In this document: in pieces, positions 1 through 9,534 of the stretch | Layout of the letters: each line of letters begins with the position of its first letter | How positions within the stretch are numbered: position 1 is the stretch's first letter | Virus record (IMG/VR): IMGVR_UViG_3300031417_000403 | Span: 187,133-251,132 of that record | Source of the DNA: a virus | Taxonomy: Duplodnaviria; Heunggongvirae; Uroviricota; Caudoviricetes | DNA length: 64,000 nt | Strand: one strand, 5' to 3' | The notes under the pieces: generated by a model | Told to the model about the DNA's origin: nothing | Database searches by the model: none | Seen by the model: the letters and a program-made list of their open reading frames with translations, nothing else | Made by a program: the position numbers and the translations under genes

Positions 1-14
1 CGACGGAGAGATTG

Positions 15-23
15 TGGTATAAT
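15..23 (+). promoter_or_regulatory. extended -10 promoter (tggtataat) of conserved promoter-RBS cassette
   Basis: followed ~25 nt later by ccggagaacaacATG. Confidence 0.5.
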
Positions 24-48
24 CTCTCTGTCACAACCGGAGAACAAC

Positions 49-186
49 ATGGATCAAACGATGGAATTCGAGTACGACGACATTGTCGAGGCTTACACCA
101 AAGCTGAAGAGTACACGCTGAAAGGTTACGAAGTAACCAAGCCGCGCCTGATCACCGGCAAGTACTGCATCACCGTGCAATCGTAA
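49..186 (+). CDS. small hypothetical protein (45 aa) immediately downstream of promoter-RBS cassette
   Basis: ATG at 49 preceded by tggtataat ... ccggagaacaac; ORF to TAA 184-186. Confidence 0.4.
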   Translation: MDQTMEFEYDDIVEAYTKAEEYTLKGYEVTKPRLITGKYCITVQS

Positions 187-419
187 TGCACGTCGGCCCA
201 GTCACAGCAGTTGCTGTGACACCGCTCCCACGCATTGTGCCACCTGAAACGATGGCACTCATGATGCAGGCGATGGGAACAAATTTGCCCCGGCCAGTGA
301 GCCGGGTTTTACCTTATCCGCGTCTTGAAGAACCAAGAATAAAAGCAATCGCGCCCATTGAGGCGTATCGTGAACAGATGCGCGAACCAACACAGCACTA
401 CATCGACGTGTACTGCTAA
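186..419 (+). CDS. hypothetical protein (77 aa)
   Basis: ORF track; TAATG stop-start overlap with upstream ORF. Confidence 0.35.
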   Translation: MHVGPVTAVAVTPLPRIVPPETMALMMQAMGTNLPRPVSRVLPYPRLEEPRIKAIAPIEAYREQMREPTQHYIDVYC

Positions 420-448
420 AGAATTCTTTTCACCTTAGGAGCATCACC

Positions 449-1726
449 ATGTCACGAGAACAACAAATCGCCGAACTGCAAAACGATTGGGAAACCAATC
501 CACGCTGGCAAGGCATCAAACGAAACTACACGGCAGAAGATGTCGTGAACCTCCGCGGCTCGCTTCAAATCGAGCACACACTCGCAAAGCGTGGCGCAGA
601 AAAACTCTGGACGCTTCTGCAAGACGAACCGTTCGTCAACGCACTCGGTGCATTGACCGGCAATCAAGCGATGCAGCAAGTCAAAGCTGGTCTCAAAGCA
701 ATCTACCTTTCCGGCTGGCAAGTTGCCGGCGACGCCAATCTCGCTGGCGAAATGTATCCGGACCAATCGCTGTATCCAGCGAACTCGGTGCCGATGGTCG
801 TCAAGCGCATCAACAACACGTTCCAACGTGCTGACCAGATTCAATGGGCAGAAGGCAAGAACGACATCGACTTCTTCGCGCCGATCGTCGCCGACGCTGA
901 AGCCGGTTTCGGTGGTGTGCTGAACGCTTTCGAACTGATGAAGTCGATGATCGAAGCTGGTGCATCCGGCGTTCACTTCGAAGACCAGTTGGCATCCGTC
1001 AAGAAGTGCGGTCACATGGGCGGCAAAGTCCTGGTGCCGACTCGCGAAGCCATCGAGAAGCTGAACGCTGCTCGACTCGCAGCAGACGTGATGGGAACTC
1101 CGACGCTGGTCATCGCACGCACCGACGCAGAAGCTGCTGACCTGTTGACGTCCGACATCGATCCGAACGACCGACCTTTCGTCGATGGTGAACGTACCGT
1201 CGAAGGTTTCTTCCGCGTTGCTGCTGGTCTCGAACAAGCAATCTCGCGTGGTCTCGCTTACGCACCGTATGCCGATCTGGTCTGGTGTGAAACCGGCAAG
1301 CCTGACCTGGCGTACGCCAAGCAGTTCGCCGATGCAATCCACGAGAAATTCCCGGGCAAGATGCTGGCATACAACTGCTCTCCATCGTTCAACTGGAAGA
1401 AAAACCTGGACGACGCGACGATCGCCAAGTTCCAGAAAGAACTCGGCGCGATGGGTTACAAGTTCCAATTCATCACGCTGGCTGGTTTCCACTCGCTGAA
1501 CTACGGCATGTTCAACCTCGCACACGGCTACGCACGTCGTCAGATGTCTGCGTTCGTCGAACTGCAAGAAGCGGAATTCGCCGCAGCAGACAAAGGCTTC
1601 ACGGCCGTCAAGCACCAGCGCGAAGTCGGTACTGGTTACTTCGATGCAGTGTCGCAAGCGATCCAGCAGAATCAAAGCTCGACAACTGCCCTGCACGGTT
1701 CGACTGAAGAAGAGCAGTTCAAGTAA
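449..1726 (+). CDS. aceA: isocitrate lyase
   Basis: 425 aa; ICL signature KKCGHMGGK; length typical; RBS aggagc upstream. Confidence 0.9.
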   Translation: MSREQQIAELQNDWETNPRWQGIKRNYTAEDVVNLRGSLQIEHTLAKRGAEKLWTLLQDEPFVNALGALTGNQAMQQVKAGLKAIYLSGWQVAGDANLAGEMYPDQSLYPANSVPMVVKRINNTFQRADQIQWAEGKNDIDFFAPIVADAEAGFGGVLNAFELMKSMIEAGASGVHFEDQLASVKKCGHMGGKVLVPTREAIEKLNAARLAADVMGTPTLVIARTDAEAADLLTSDIDPNDRPFVDGERTVEGFFRVAAGLEQAISRGLAYAPYADLVWCETGKPDLAYAKQFADAIHEKFPGKMLAYNCSPSFNWKKNLDDATIAKFQKELGAMGYKFQFITLAGFHSLNYGMFNLAHGYARRQMSAFVELQEAEFAAADKGFTAVKHQREVGTGYFDAVSQAIQQNQSSTTALHGSTEEEQFK

Positions 1727-1754
1727 TAAACGCTGTACATTCTCCGTGGTTGCA

Positions 1755-1762
1755 GGTATAAT
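1755..1762 (+). promoter_or_regulatory. promoter -10 (ggtataat); 36-nt exact repeat of the 2591 cassette
   Basis: gcaggtataatgaacccatcaactacggagaatcaa. Confidence 0.55.
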
Positions 1763-1787
1763 GAACCCATCAACTACGGAGAATCAA

Positions 1788-1922
1788 ATGGCTGTCAAAT
1801 ATAATAAAGCCTTTTGTGTTGTTCTGATTTTATTGGCCCTCGTTGGAAATGATGGGGACGATGATCCGATACCTCCTGGAAACCGTATTAAAATTCCCTA
1901 TAAACGAAAGGAAATACAATGA
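1788..1922 (+). CDS. small hydrophobic/secreted protein (44 aa)
   Basis: ATG 25 nt after cassette gcaggtataatgaacccatcaactacggagaatcaa; hydrophobic N-terminus. Confidence 0.45.
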   Translation: MAVKYNKAFCVVLILLALVGNDGDDDPIPPGNRIKIPYKRKEIQ

Positions 1923-2566
1923 GCCAGCAGACGATGTCGACGCTTTTCCCCATTATTATTGTGGCAGTCATACTTTATTTTGTATTTGCCAGAAAATCAA
2001 GTGGAAGTAAAGGCACTTCTTCAAGTGCAGAAGCTTCGCTGTGGACCAATCGTCATATTGAATTTGTCAGCGAGCTGAAGAACCCATTATCTACTGCCCC
2101 ATTCCGAATGCAGCCCGGCCCAGCGATTCAACGTGGCGTTGTTCTCATGAAAAATGAAGAGCTCATTGTAGACGCCCCAGTAAAAATGTTTCGCACTGTA
2201 AAGACTGGTGCACAGTGGAAATCGGGGTCCCGTGGCGTCCGTGTAACGCCTGTGAAGGGTCTCAGCTTTAACGTAGGCGGATCGCGCGGCCGAATGCAAG
2301 CAACCTATTCTAGCGATATGGAATTGGGCTATTTCACCATGACGAATAAGCGACTGATTTTTACCGGTGATAATAATTTCCGCTTCGCCATTCCATTAAC
2401 GAAATTGGATAATGTGTCGAAAGACGAGTCCATTATTCACTTTGATGTAAAATCGCGTGACGTGCCAGATTTTGGTATTTGCTTTATCGACTCAGCTATC
2501 GCGACAATGTTTTCTTCGTTGCTTAGCGACGATCAGCAGTCGTTCAACTTTAATTTTATCGCATAA
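1919..2566 (+). CDS. membrane protein (N-terminal TM helix), unknown function
   Basis: 215 aa ORF, hydrophobic N-terminus PIIIVAVILYFVF. Confidence 0.55.
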   Translation: MSQQTMSTLFPIIIVAVILYFVFARKSSGSKGTSSSAEASLWTNRHIEFVSELKNPLSTAPFRMQPGPAIQRGVVLMKNEELIVDAPVKMFRTVKTGAQWKSGSRGVRVTPVKGLSFNVGGSRGRMQATYSSDMELGYFTMTNKRLIFTGDNNFRFAIPLTKLDNVSKDESIIHFDVKSRDVPDFGICFIDSAIATMFSSLLSDDQQSFNFNFIA

Positions 2567-2590
2567 CGCTGTGCTTTTCTAGCAGTTGCA

Positions 2591-2598
2591 GGTATAAT
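2591..2598 (+). promoter_or_regulatory. promoter -10 (ggtataat); exact repeat of the 1755 cassette
   Basis: identical 36-mer. Confidence 0.55.
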
Positions 2599-2625
2599 GA
2601 ACCCATCAACTACGGAGAATCAAAC

Positions 2626-2841
2626 ATGGCCAAGTATAACCGGATCAACAACAAAGGCACCTACAACTGCGAACTCTGCGGCAAGCTGACTCGTGACACT
2701 GGCCATGGTGAAGCAGACATCAACGAGGGCTACTGCAAGAAGTGCTATCTCGACTGCCTGATGGAAAACGCGTACAATGACTACGGTCCTGACTCCGAGC
2801 AGTACAAGAGCGCCAAGGCCGATTACGAGGCTTGCGAATGA
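2626..2841 (+). CDS. zinc-ribbon protein (CxxC...CxxC)
   Basis: 71 aa; CELCGK...CKKCYLDC; exact copy of upstream promoter cassette precedes it. Confidence 0.55.
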   Translation: MAKYNRINNKGTYNCELCGKLTRDTGHGEADINEGYCKKCYLDCLMENAYNDYGPDSEQYKSAKADYEACE

Positions 2842-3046
2842 GCATCTTGCTCTTCCGCTACGTTCGGCGGGCCAGCAAGAATCACAGCAGCCCGTCGCCG
2901 AAGACGCCGCTGTCCTTCGTCTGGAAGCTGTTGCCTTTCTTCATCGTGAAGGCAGCAGCAAAACGCTGGTGTCCGACAAAGCGTATCAACAACACGATGT
3001 ACGTCGAAGCATTTCCAAAAACCTTTATCTCGATTGGACCGGCCAA

Positions 3047-3346
3047 ATGAAAAAGTTCCTGATGAAACTGCTCGGCATCGAACCGGCTGACAAGAAGCTG
3101 GCACGGCTCGAAGCCAATCACGTGGTCAACAAGGAAAGCATCGACCGCGTGCAGAACTCGCTGGACCGTCTCGTGAAGATTCACGCAGAATACGTCGGCG
3201 ATGACGATCACAAACAGAAGATCGCCGAGCACATCGAGCTGGTCAAGAGCAAGCTGAAAGCTGCTCGCGCCACGTACGCCGAGAACGAAATTCTTCTCAA
3301 CCTGATTCGCAACACTCTCGAAGCAGAGAAGGGAATCTACGCATGA
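3047..3346 (+). CDS. hypothetical protein (start uncertain, possible GTG at 2969)
   Basis: C-terminal part of ORF 2777..3346; first ATG after upstream stop. Confidence 0.35.
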   Translation: MKKFLMKLLGIEPADKKLARLEANHVVNKESIDRVQNSLDRLVKIHAEYVGDDDHKQKIAEHIELVKSKLKAARATYAENEILLNLIRNTLEAEKGIYA

Positions 3347-3615
3347 CGCAATACACCATCGAACATCCGGGCCCGCGTCCGAAGTCGCTGTACGACAGCC
3401 ATGACATCTACGTCACCGTTGACGAAGAAGACGAAGTCGCTGTCGCCCAACTCGAAGCACTGATCCGCTATGGCGTGGTCGTGCGGCCATCAACCAAAGA
3501 AGAAGAGGACCACGTCTGGGGTCTGGAAGTGGAACTCGACTACGATGACCTCGATGTCGCTCGCCACTGGCCGGAAGAAGAAGGCGAGATTATCCTCGAA
3601 ATCAAGGACTGGTAA
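3343..3615 (+). CDS. acidic hypothetical protein (90 aa)
   Basis: ORF track, ATGA overlap. Confidence 0.5.
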   Translation: MTQYTIEHPGPRPKSLYDSHDIYVTVDEEDEVAVAQLEALIRYGVVVRPSTKEEEDHVWGLEVELDYDDLDVARHWPEEEGEIILEIKDW

Positions 3616-3616
3616 T

Positions 3617-3712
3617 ATGCGCAGAGGTGGCCGCGAGATGACTCGCAAAGAAGCACTTGGCTGCATTGCACTGAGTTTCCTGATCCTCATCATCGTTGCC
3701 ATTTTCAGCTAA
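3617..3712 (+). CDS. tiny membrane protein (31 aa)
   Basis: ATG at 3617, hydrophobic C-terminus LILIIVAIF. Confidence 0.3.
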   Translation: MRRGGREMTRKEALGCIALSFLILIIVAIFS

Positions 3713-3957
3713 TGCAATCACTCAAACATTCATGGATCGAAGTCATCGCCAACATCGGCTCTGGCTTCATTATTTCTGGACTCTTCCAGCAATTTGTAAT
3801 CACGCCACTGTTTCATCTGCAAACATCGACCAGCCAAAACATCGGCATCACGATTCTGTTTACGATCGTGTCAATCGTACGATCGATTCTGTGGCGTCGT
3901 TTCTTCAACCGGATAACCATCAGACACTATGAGCGCTCCAAACTTCGTGGCAATTAA
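3712..3957 (+). CDS. small membrane protein (81 aa, 2 TM)
   Basis: ORF track; hydrophobic segments. Confidence 0.45.
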   Translation: MQSLKHSWIEVIANIGSGFIISGLFQQFVITPLFHLQTSTSQNIGITILFTIVSIVRSILWRRFFNRITIRHYERSKLRGN

Positions 3958-4129
3958 ACGCTGGTTCAAAGAGAACCGGTCCGACATTCCGCAACATCAG
4001 ATCGATCGTTTCATCGACGAGCCGGCGTACGCGCTGCTCATGTCGGCATCGTTCGAAGCCGGTCGTGAATTCCAGCAACGCAATCCGGAAGCCGGCAAGT
4101 TCCTCGACTTCGGCGTGGAATACAAATGA
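3929..4129 (+). CDS. hypothetical protein (66 aa)
   Basis: ORF track. Confidence 0.45.
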   Translation: MSAPNFVAIKRWFKENRSDIPQHQIDRFIDEPAYALLMSASFEAGREFQQRNPEAGKFLDFGVEYK

Positions 4130-4677
4130 AGCATCCGACAACCGGCGAGTTTATGGTGCCGGTCTTTGACCACTACCATAACCAGCTTCGCACAATGATG
4201 ATTCTCGCGAAGCCAGAAGATGACGTGCCCTGCGTCATCGACGAACAAGGCACGTTCTGGGCGACAGCTAAAATCATGACGAAGCTCACTGGCGAGTATT
4301 ACTACATCGTCAACGAAGACTTCGACCCAATCATTCGCGTCAGCTACGAAGACGGCAAAGTCTACAAAGACGAACGCAGTGGCTGGGGTCGCACGCACAC
4401 CATTACGTTCGCCGACCTGGAAGACCTGGCAGCGAAATGGGAAGTGCCGTTTGACGTTGGCGCAGATTCGCAAGAGTTTGCAGAGACGGCTTACAAGCTG
4501 ATGACGGCAGAACATTTCCGTTATCACGGTCTCGACTACACGCGGTTCTTGCCAACACCATCGAACAAGTTCCTGCCATCATTGCCGGAACCAGAAGTCG
4601 ATGGTAATTACACAGCAGAGCAAATGCGCGCCTACGGCGAAGCATGCGCAAAAGCTGCACTAGACGAGTACAAGTGA
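4126..4677 (+). CDS. hypothetical protein (183 aa)
   Basis: ORF track, ATGA overlap. Confidence 0.55.
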   Translation: MKHPTTGEFMVPVFDHYHNQLRTMMILAKPEDDVPCVIDEQGTFWATAKIMTKLTGEYYYIVNEDFDPIIRVSYEDGKVYKDERSGWGRTHTITFADLEDLAAKWEVPFDVGADSQEFAETAYKLMTAEHFRYHGLDYTRFLPTPSNKFLPSLPEPEVDGNYTAEQMRAYGEACAKAALDEYK

Positions 4678-4700
4678 TGTACATTTCCGTAGAAGGTGGG

Positions 4701-4706
4701 TATAAT
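4701..4706 (+). promoter_or_regulatory. promoter -10 TATAAT
   Basis: gggtataatctttccatcgactacggagattcaaATG. Confidence 0.5.
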
Positions 4707-4731
4707 CTTTCCATCGACTACGGAGATTCAA

Positions 4732-4932
4732 ATGACCACTGTGTACGAAAACAAGAACAATCCCGAACTGAGCATCGTCAAGCTCGACGACAAAACGCTG
4801 CAAGATGGTGGCATCACCGTCACGGACGTCGGCGTCGGTTTCCTGGCGAAAGCCTGGAACGGCAAGGAAGTTTACATCGACGACGAGATGGTCAAGCAGA
4901 TGGTCATCATGATGCAGAACCGGAAAGACTGA
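4732..4932 (+). CDS. hypothetical protein (66 aa)
   Basis: ATG after cassette gggtataatctttccatcgactacggagattcaa. Confidence 0.5.
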   Translation: MTTVYENKNNPELSIVKLDDKTLQDGGITVTDVGVGFLAKAWNGKEVYIDDEMVKQMVIMMQNRKD

Positions 4933-5207
4933 TGAAGCTCTACATCGTCAACATCAAACGGCCGTGGAATCCGGTGGCCGTCCGCGATTACGAAATCAAG
5001 GTCTGCAAGAAGTCCGTGTGGGCTATTGCCAAGACCGGTCGTCGTTTTCTCCTGGGCGCCAGTGCTTTCCAAACTCTGGCGTCGGCTGAACGATGCCGTA
5101 CAGCGCTGCTCGAACAAATCCACAACAGCCAGTGGCAGAAGAACAACCGCCAATACGGATGGGCGGCAACTGATGCTGTGCTGCAACAAATGCAAACACT
5201 TCACTGA
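4932..5207 (+). CDS. hypothetical protein (91 aa)
   Basis: ATG overlapping upstream TGA. Confidence 0.45.
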   Translation: MKLYIVNIKRPWNPVAVRDYEIKVCKKSVWAIAKTGRRFLLGASAFQTLASAERCRTALLEQIHNSQWQKNNRQYGWAATDAVLQQMQTLH

Positions 5208-5208
5208 T

Positions 5209-5586
5209 ATGACATTCAAAGTTGGCGATGCCGTCATGCTCAGCAGCGACGGCAACACATTCGACACGTACCATGCATGGGCAGACCGCGCAGCGCACGT
5301 GCCGCTTTTCACGTACGGCGGATTGCCGGTTGTTGGCAAAGCGTATCGAATCACGCATGTCGGCGCCCACGAGTTCCAGCGTCCGAACAACACACCAATG
5401 CCGTTGTACGTGCTCGATCACGAGTTCATCGTCGGCGTTACCTACATGCATCACATAAAGGAAACAGCAGATGGGATACAAAGCGGAGACACCAAGTCCG
5501 GGAAAATTTCGAAGCCACGAACCGGTAAATGGGTGGCCGACGGTAATCATACGCACGTATCGCAGAACCCCGTCGGGTTTGGTTGA
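5209..5586 (+). CDS. hypothetical protein (126 aa; 3' end overlaps next gene, possible frameshift)
   Basis: ATG at 5209 after TGA of upstream gene. Confidence 0.4.
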   Translation: MTFKVGDAVMLSSDGNTFDTYHAWADRAAHVPLFTYGGLPVVGKAYRITHVGAHEFQRPNNTPMPLYVLDHEFIVGVTYMHHIKETADGIQSGDTKSGKISKPRTGKWVADGNHTHVSQNPVGFG

Positions 5587-5758
5587 AGACACGCTGCATC
5601 TGCAGACCGATCATCCACCTGCACTCGGTGAACACGTGCAGGGCCTTGACTTCGAGTACCACAAAGTGATCGAAGTCAAAAAGTCGTATCAAGAGCAAAG
5701 CCCGCCGGTGATTTACGTCACGTGCGAAAAGCCGCGTGATGGTTCGTTGAACTGCTAA
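5471..5758 (+). CDS. hypothetical protein (95 aa)
   Basis: strong RBS aaggaaacagcag before ATG. Confidence 0.5.
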   Translation: MGYKAETPSPGKFRSHEPVNGWPTVIIRTYRRTPSGLVEDTLHLQTDHPPALGEHVQGLDFEYHKVIEVKKSYQEQSPPVIYVTCEKPRDGSLNC

Positions 5759-5796
5759 AGTAGTGTGCAACAGTGGAGTCATTGGGTATAATGGCT

Positions 5797-5802
5797 TCAC
5801 TG
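5797..5802 (+). promoter_or_regulatory. promoter -10 TATAAT
   Basis: gggtataatggcttcactgacctactgcggaacgaacATG. Confidence 0.5.
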
Positions 5803-5820
5803 ACCTACTGCGGAACGAAC

Positions 5821-6441
5821 ATGGACTACGTCAACTTTCAATATCTGTTTCCACCTCGGCCCGAACTGAAGATTGCCAAGGAAAACCTTGGCTTCTATCA
5901 GAAGCGCGGTTACGTCGCACAGAAGAAAAAGAACGGTACGTGCACCGTGATCTTCGCAAAAGGCGATCAAGTCATCTTCAAGACCCGTCATCCTGAAATC
6001 GACAACGGCGACCATCGCATGTGGACGCCGCAGGAAGACCACATCAAATTCTTCTCCGGCTCTGAAGGCTGGAATGTCTTCGTCGCCGAACTGCTGCACA
6101 GCAAAGTTACTGGCGGCCCGAAACACGAACTGTTCATCTTCGATCAACTCGTCTCGAATGGCGTGTCGCTTGCCGGCACCACGTTCGGTTCGCGTATGAT
6201 AGCGATGATGAAAAAGTTCGGCGGTGTTTCCGAATCCGACCAGTATCGCATCGACGACCGCATCACGCTGGCGAAATGTTTTGGTGCTGGCTTCACGGCT
6301 CTGTTCGACAAGCTCGGCAAAGAAGACGAAGGCCTTGTGCTGAAAGACCCGAAAGCAATCTTGCTGCCGTGCCACAAAGCTGACTCCAACAAATCGTGGC
6401 AAGTCAAGTGCCGCATCCCTCACGCGAATTACTCGTTCTAA
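5821..6441 (+). CDS. minimal ATP-dependent polynucleotide ligase-like nucleotidyltransferase (206 aa)
   Basis: covalent nucleotidyltransferase motifs I KKKNGT, IV EGLVLK, V WQVKCR; promoter cassette upstream. Confidence 0.6.
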   Translation: MDYVNFQYLFPPRPELKIAKENLGFYQKRGYVAQKKKNGTCTVIFAKGDQVIFKTRHPEIDNGDHRMWTPQEDHIKFFSGSEGWNVFVAELLHSKVTGGPKHELFIFDQLVSNGVSLAGTTFGSRMIAMMKKFGGVSESDQYRIDDRITLAKCFGAGFTALFDKLGKEDEGLVLKDPKAILLPCHKADSNKSWQVKCRIPHANYSF

Positions 6442-6468
6442 ATACTTTGCACACTGCACAAATGTGTG

Positions 6469-6474
6469 TATAAT
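6469..6474 (+). promoter_or_regulatory. promoter extended -10 tgtgtataat
   Basis: TGn-TATAAT. Confidence 0.5.
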
Positions 6475-6499
6475 GGTTTATCAAATCAAGGATAGAATC

Positions 6500-6673
6500 A
6501 TGGCATCCGACTGGAAATACACCGCACACGAACTTCCGCCTGAACGCGTCGTGCTGGAAACCACCAACTCGCAAGGCGATGTCGGCACGCTGGTCCGTAT
6601 TGGCAATCTCTTCTTCATCGAAGACCTGTCGATGTACGTGTACTACGTGCCGAAGATGTGGAGAATCAAGTGA
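6500..6673 (+). CDS. hypothetical protein (57 aa)
   Basis: ATG after tgtgtataatgg ... aaggatagaatc. Confidence 0.45.
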   Translation: MASDWKYTAHELPPERVVLETTNSQGDVGTLVRIGNLFFIEDLSMYVYYVPKMWRIK

Positions 6674-7119
6674 CACTCCAAGACATCGTTGACCGGTTGA
6701 CTGCAGAGGGGTATACAAACTGCAGCATCTCAGGTTACAATATAATGCTGCCTGGCCGTGGCGAGATTGAACTCGCTTACGGCGAAGCAAAAATCTTCGA
6801 CGCAAAGTATGCGTGGCCGGATTATGGCGACCATCCATGCGTCAAAACCATCGACAAACTTTTTGAAGACGTTCACAAAACCTGGCCACTGGAACCGACA
6901 CCATGCGAACCCTCCTTGCCCGAATCCGAGAATTCCTCAACAGCCTCCCCAGCTGCGGAGGAAATTGTAATCAAGGACGCCGTCCTTGCGATTGCAACGG
7001 CGGAGGCTGCAAGCGATGATCCGGAAAATGACGAACCAGCAAGCGTGCAAGTTGGCGATCCGGCACCGTCTGTTTGTGTCGGGGTGGATGCTGAACGAAC
7101 AGCTACACAGGGGAGCTGA
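6658..7119 (+). CDS. hypothetical protein (153 aa, GTG start)
   Basis: ORF track. Confidence 0.45.
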   Translation: MENQVTLQDIVDRLTAEGYTNCSISGYNIMLPGRGEIELAYGEAKIFDAKYAWPDYGDHPCVKTIDKLFEDVHKTWPLEPTPCEPSLPESENSSTASPAAEEIVIKDAVLAIATAEAASDDPENDEPASVQVGDPAPSVCVGVDAERTATQGS

Positions 7120-7378
7120 CCACGAAGATGGCGTCAAGTTCGCCGCGGTCTATGAACTTGACGGTGTTCCCGTCGGCGTCACCGTAATCACACGATACGG
7201 CGACATCCAGGTTTTCGTTCGCAAGTCACTGCGTCGCAAAGGCATCGGCAGCGCGCTGATCGACTACGCCCGCAAAAATGCGGACGAATCATACGTCAAG
7301 CGCATGGACGCCGGCACTGGTTTGCTGAGCGGCAGCCGTGAATTCTGGCGCGCCAACAACGTCCGCATGTATGATTAA
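7088..7378 (+). CDS. GNAT-family acetyltransferase-like small protein
   Basis: motif VFVRKSLRRKGIGSALI (GNAT motif A); start uncertain (7016 or 7088). Confidence 0.45.
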   Translation: MLNEQLHRGADHEDGVKFAAVYELDGVPVGVTVITRYGDIQVFVRKSLRRKGIGSALIDYARKNADESYVKRMDAGTGLLSGSREFWRANNVRMYD

Positions 7379-7422
7379 GAAATATTTCTGTCGTGCATCA
7401 TACGTCAAGGTAGAATAGACGT

Positions 7423-7956
7423 ATGAAAAAACTGACCATAAACCAAAACCGTATCGAGATAGACGAAGCCTACATGCAGATGGCGGAAGTCTGGTCGAAA
7501 CGTTCCAAAGCCAATCGCCTTCAAGTTGGTGCGCTCATCGTCAAGAACGGGCGCATCATCTCGGACGGTTATAACGGCATGCCTGCCGGTGCAACTGGTG
7601 ATGATGACGTATGCGAAATCTACGATGACGCAGGCAATGTTGTCACTAAGCAAGAAGTCCTTCACGCTGAAGCCAATGCGATTCTGAAACTCGCAGCAGC
7701 TGGTGGCGGTTCCGAAGGCGCAACTCTGTACACCACTTACTCACCCTGCCCTGAATGCGCGAAGCTGATCGTCCAAGCGAAGATTGCCCGCGTTGTTTAC
7801 CGCAATCACTATCGCCTGCCTGAAGGCGTTGAACGTTTGGAGAAGCGTGGTGTACCATGTCATCAGCTCGTGAAACCACCAGTGAAGAATGCTTGCATGT
7901 GCGATCCAAAGTCGACCGCGTGCCGCAATCCACTGTGCTACGCAGTAGACCAATAA
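7423..7956 (+). CDS. cd: deoxycytidylate (dCMP) deaminase
   Basis: zinc-binding HAEANAI ... PCPECAKLI motifs; 177 aa. Confidence 0.85.
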   Translation: MKKLTINQNRIEIDEAYMQMAEVWSKRSKANRLQVGALIVKNGRIISDGYNGMPAGATGDDDVCEIYDDAGNVVTKQEVLHAEANAILKLAAAGGGSEGATLYTTYSPCPECAKLIVQAKIARVVYRNHYRLPEGVERLEKRGVPCHQLVKPPVKNACMCDPKSTACRNPLCYAVDQ

Positions 7957-7967
7957 AGAAATGCCCG

Positions 7968-8045
7968 ATGTGCGGCAGCGATAAGCACGAACTTAACGAC
8001 TGCCCAAAGTGGCAGAATGAGGAACCACCAAATGACGAAAGCTGA
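7968..8045 (+). CDS. micro-ORF with CCHC zinc-knuckle (CX2CX4HX4C)
   Basis: MCGSDKHELNDC pattern; 25 aa only. Confidence 0.2.
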   Translation: MCGSDKHELNDCPKWQNEEPPNDES

Positions 8046-8068
8046 TGTGCATTTCGAAATGACCATTG

Positions 8069-8074
8069 TATAAT
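8069..8074 (+). promoter_or_regulatory. promoter extended -10 ttgtataat
   Basis: TGn-TATAAT. Confidence 0.5.
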
Positions 8075-8103
8075 GGCTGAACTCAACCACACAAGGAAAC
8101 ATC

Positions 8104-8442
8104 ATGCCTGATTTCGTCGAACCCAATGACCACTTGGCCCGGTCCTCGATCCTGCGCCAAGTTTCGAACCACCGCGTGTCGTTCGATCCGTCGAAGAAAG
8201 CGCACTGCGAATCCCTCAAGTCGTTCCTCGAAACGGGACGCTGGGGCAACGTGATGTTCTATCCGGAATATCCGTACACCGACGTGCCGACCTACGTGCT
8301 TGCCAAGTTCGCGTGCCACGCACTGAAGGTCAAGCGCAAGACCAGCGCCGAGACGCAGCTGGAAAACGCGCGTCGTCAAGTAACACAACCCGTCCAACCA
8401 GTGGACCTCGCCGATGAACTCATTGAAGTCCCTCAAGTCTGA
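8104..8442 (+). CDS. hypothetical protein (112 aa)
   Basis: ATG after ttgtataatggctgaactcaaccacacaaggaaacatc. Confidence 0.55.
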   Translation: MPDFVEPNDHLARSSILRQVSNHRVSFDPSKKAHCESLKSFLETGRWGNVMFYPEYPYTDVPTYVLAKFACHALKVKRKTSAETQLENARRQVTQPVQPVDLADELIEVPQV

Positions 8443-8974
8443 GCTGAGCGACCGCAACCTCCGTTTCGACGGAGTGTCTGAGATAGAACCGGACCAGTTG
8501 GCCCGGTTTTTGCTTTTGGGAATTCCACCCAACAAGTTGCGCGTCACCTCTGAAACACCAGACATCGCCGAGTTCAACACGCAAGTGTCTGAACGCGAAC
8601 AGCTGTTGCCTGTTCAACAAGAGCCGATCAACCTCGACATGGGTTGGCAGCTACCTGAAGAGTATCAGAATCTCGATCTGCAAGAGTACATGGCCAAACA
8701 GTTCGAGAAGAACTGCCCGGCATCGTATACACCAGAGATGGTTGAGAAAGCCCTGGATCGTATCGTTGACGAACTTCAAGAAGTTGAAGCTCGTGGCATG
8801 GTACAATTTATGCAGACCGTCATCTACATCATTGACCAGTTGCGTGAGAACAATGTTCTGTGGGGAGTCGGGCGTGGTTCGTCTTGCGCTTCGTATCTTC
8901 TCTATCTCATTGGTTTGCACGTTGTCGATTGTGTTGTCTTGGACGTGCCGGCCGATGAATTCTTCCACGACTGA
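8414..8974 (+). CDS. hypothetical protein (186 aa)
   Basis: ORF track. Confidence 0.5.
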   Translation: MNSLKSLKSELSDRNLRFDGVSEIEPDQLARFLLLGIPPNKLRVTSETPDIAEFNTQVSEREQLLPVQQEPINLDMGWQLPEEYQNLDLQEYMAKQFEKNCPASYTPEMVEKALDRIVDELQEVEARGMVQFMQTVIYIIDQLRENNVLWGVGRGSSCASYLLYLIGLHVVDCVVLDVPADEFFHD

Positions 8975-8976
8975 TT

Positions 8977-9204
8977 ATGATTCCACAACTTCCACCGAAT
9001 TATTTCACAATCTCCGATGCACGCCAAGATGCGCTTGATGTGAGCTGGTTGAACGATCGTAGACACAGACATGAAACGTTGGTGTTGATCGAGAATCAGC
9101 TCGACCTGCTTCGCCGCTACGACAACTATCATCGGGCGACTTGCCCAGAACGAGAAGCCGCAAAGGCTGCTTTGCTGGCGAAGAAGCGACAACTCATCCC
9201 ATAA
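8977..9204 (+). CDS. hypothetical protein (75 aa)
   Basis: ORF track. Confidence 0.45.
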   Translation: MIPQLPPNYFTISDARQDALDVSWLNDRRHRHETLVLIENQLDLLRRYDNYHRATCPEREAAKAALLAKKRQLIP

Positions 9205-9275
9205 TCCGGTCTATAGAAAAAGAACTATAAATATAGTGTGCGCAACCAAGCGCCATTATCCGGAGACTACATACA

Positions 9276-9500
9276 ATGGGACAACTCATCAGAAGCGCCC
9301 GCGGCGAACTTATCGACTTCGAAATGCTCGCCATCAAACAACAACTCGCTTCGGCACCAGTGCCAAAAGCAGTTGAGCAACGGAAACAGGCCATCGATGC
9401 AAAGGACGGAGTGAAGTCTTCCGTCGCACCTGACATCGATTTCCTGGCAGTTTCCGCCGAGGCTGCAGAACAATCGGGCAAAGCAAAGCAGCGCAAGTAA
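9276..9500 (+). CDS. hypothetical protein (74 aa)
   Basis: RBS ggagactacatacaATG. Confidence 0.5.
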   Translation: MGQLIRSARGELIDFEMLAIKQQLASAPVPKAVEQRKQAIDAKDGVKSSVAPDIDFLAVSAEAAEQSGKAKQRK

Positions 9501-9534
9501 CACCATCCAGCAGGAAATACTCATAGGACATAGC

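Noticed and set aside
452-1696. 414-aa minus-strand ORF antisense to isocitrate lyase (and many similar long antisense ORFs, e.g. 19459..20937, 23598..25079, 27855..29585)
   Set aside because: They mirror high-GC sense genes that have clear homology and RBS. They lack RBS and have Arg/His-rich, low-complexity translations typical of antisense frames.
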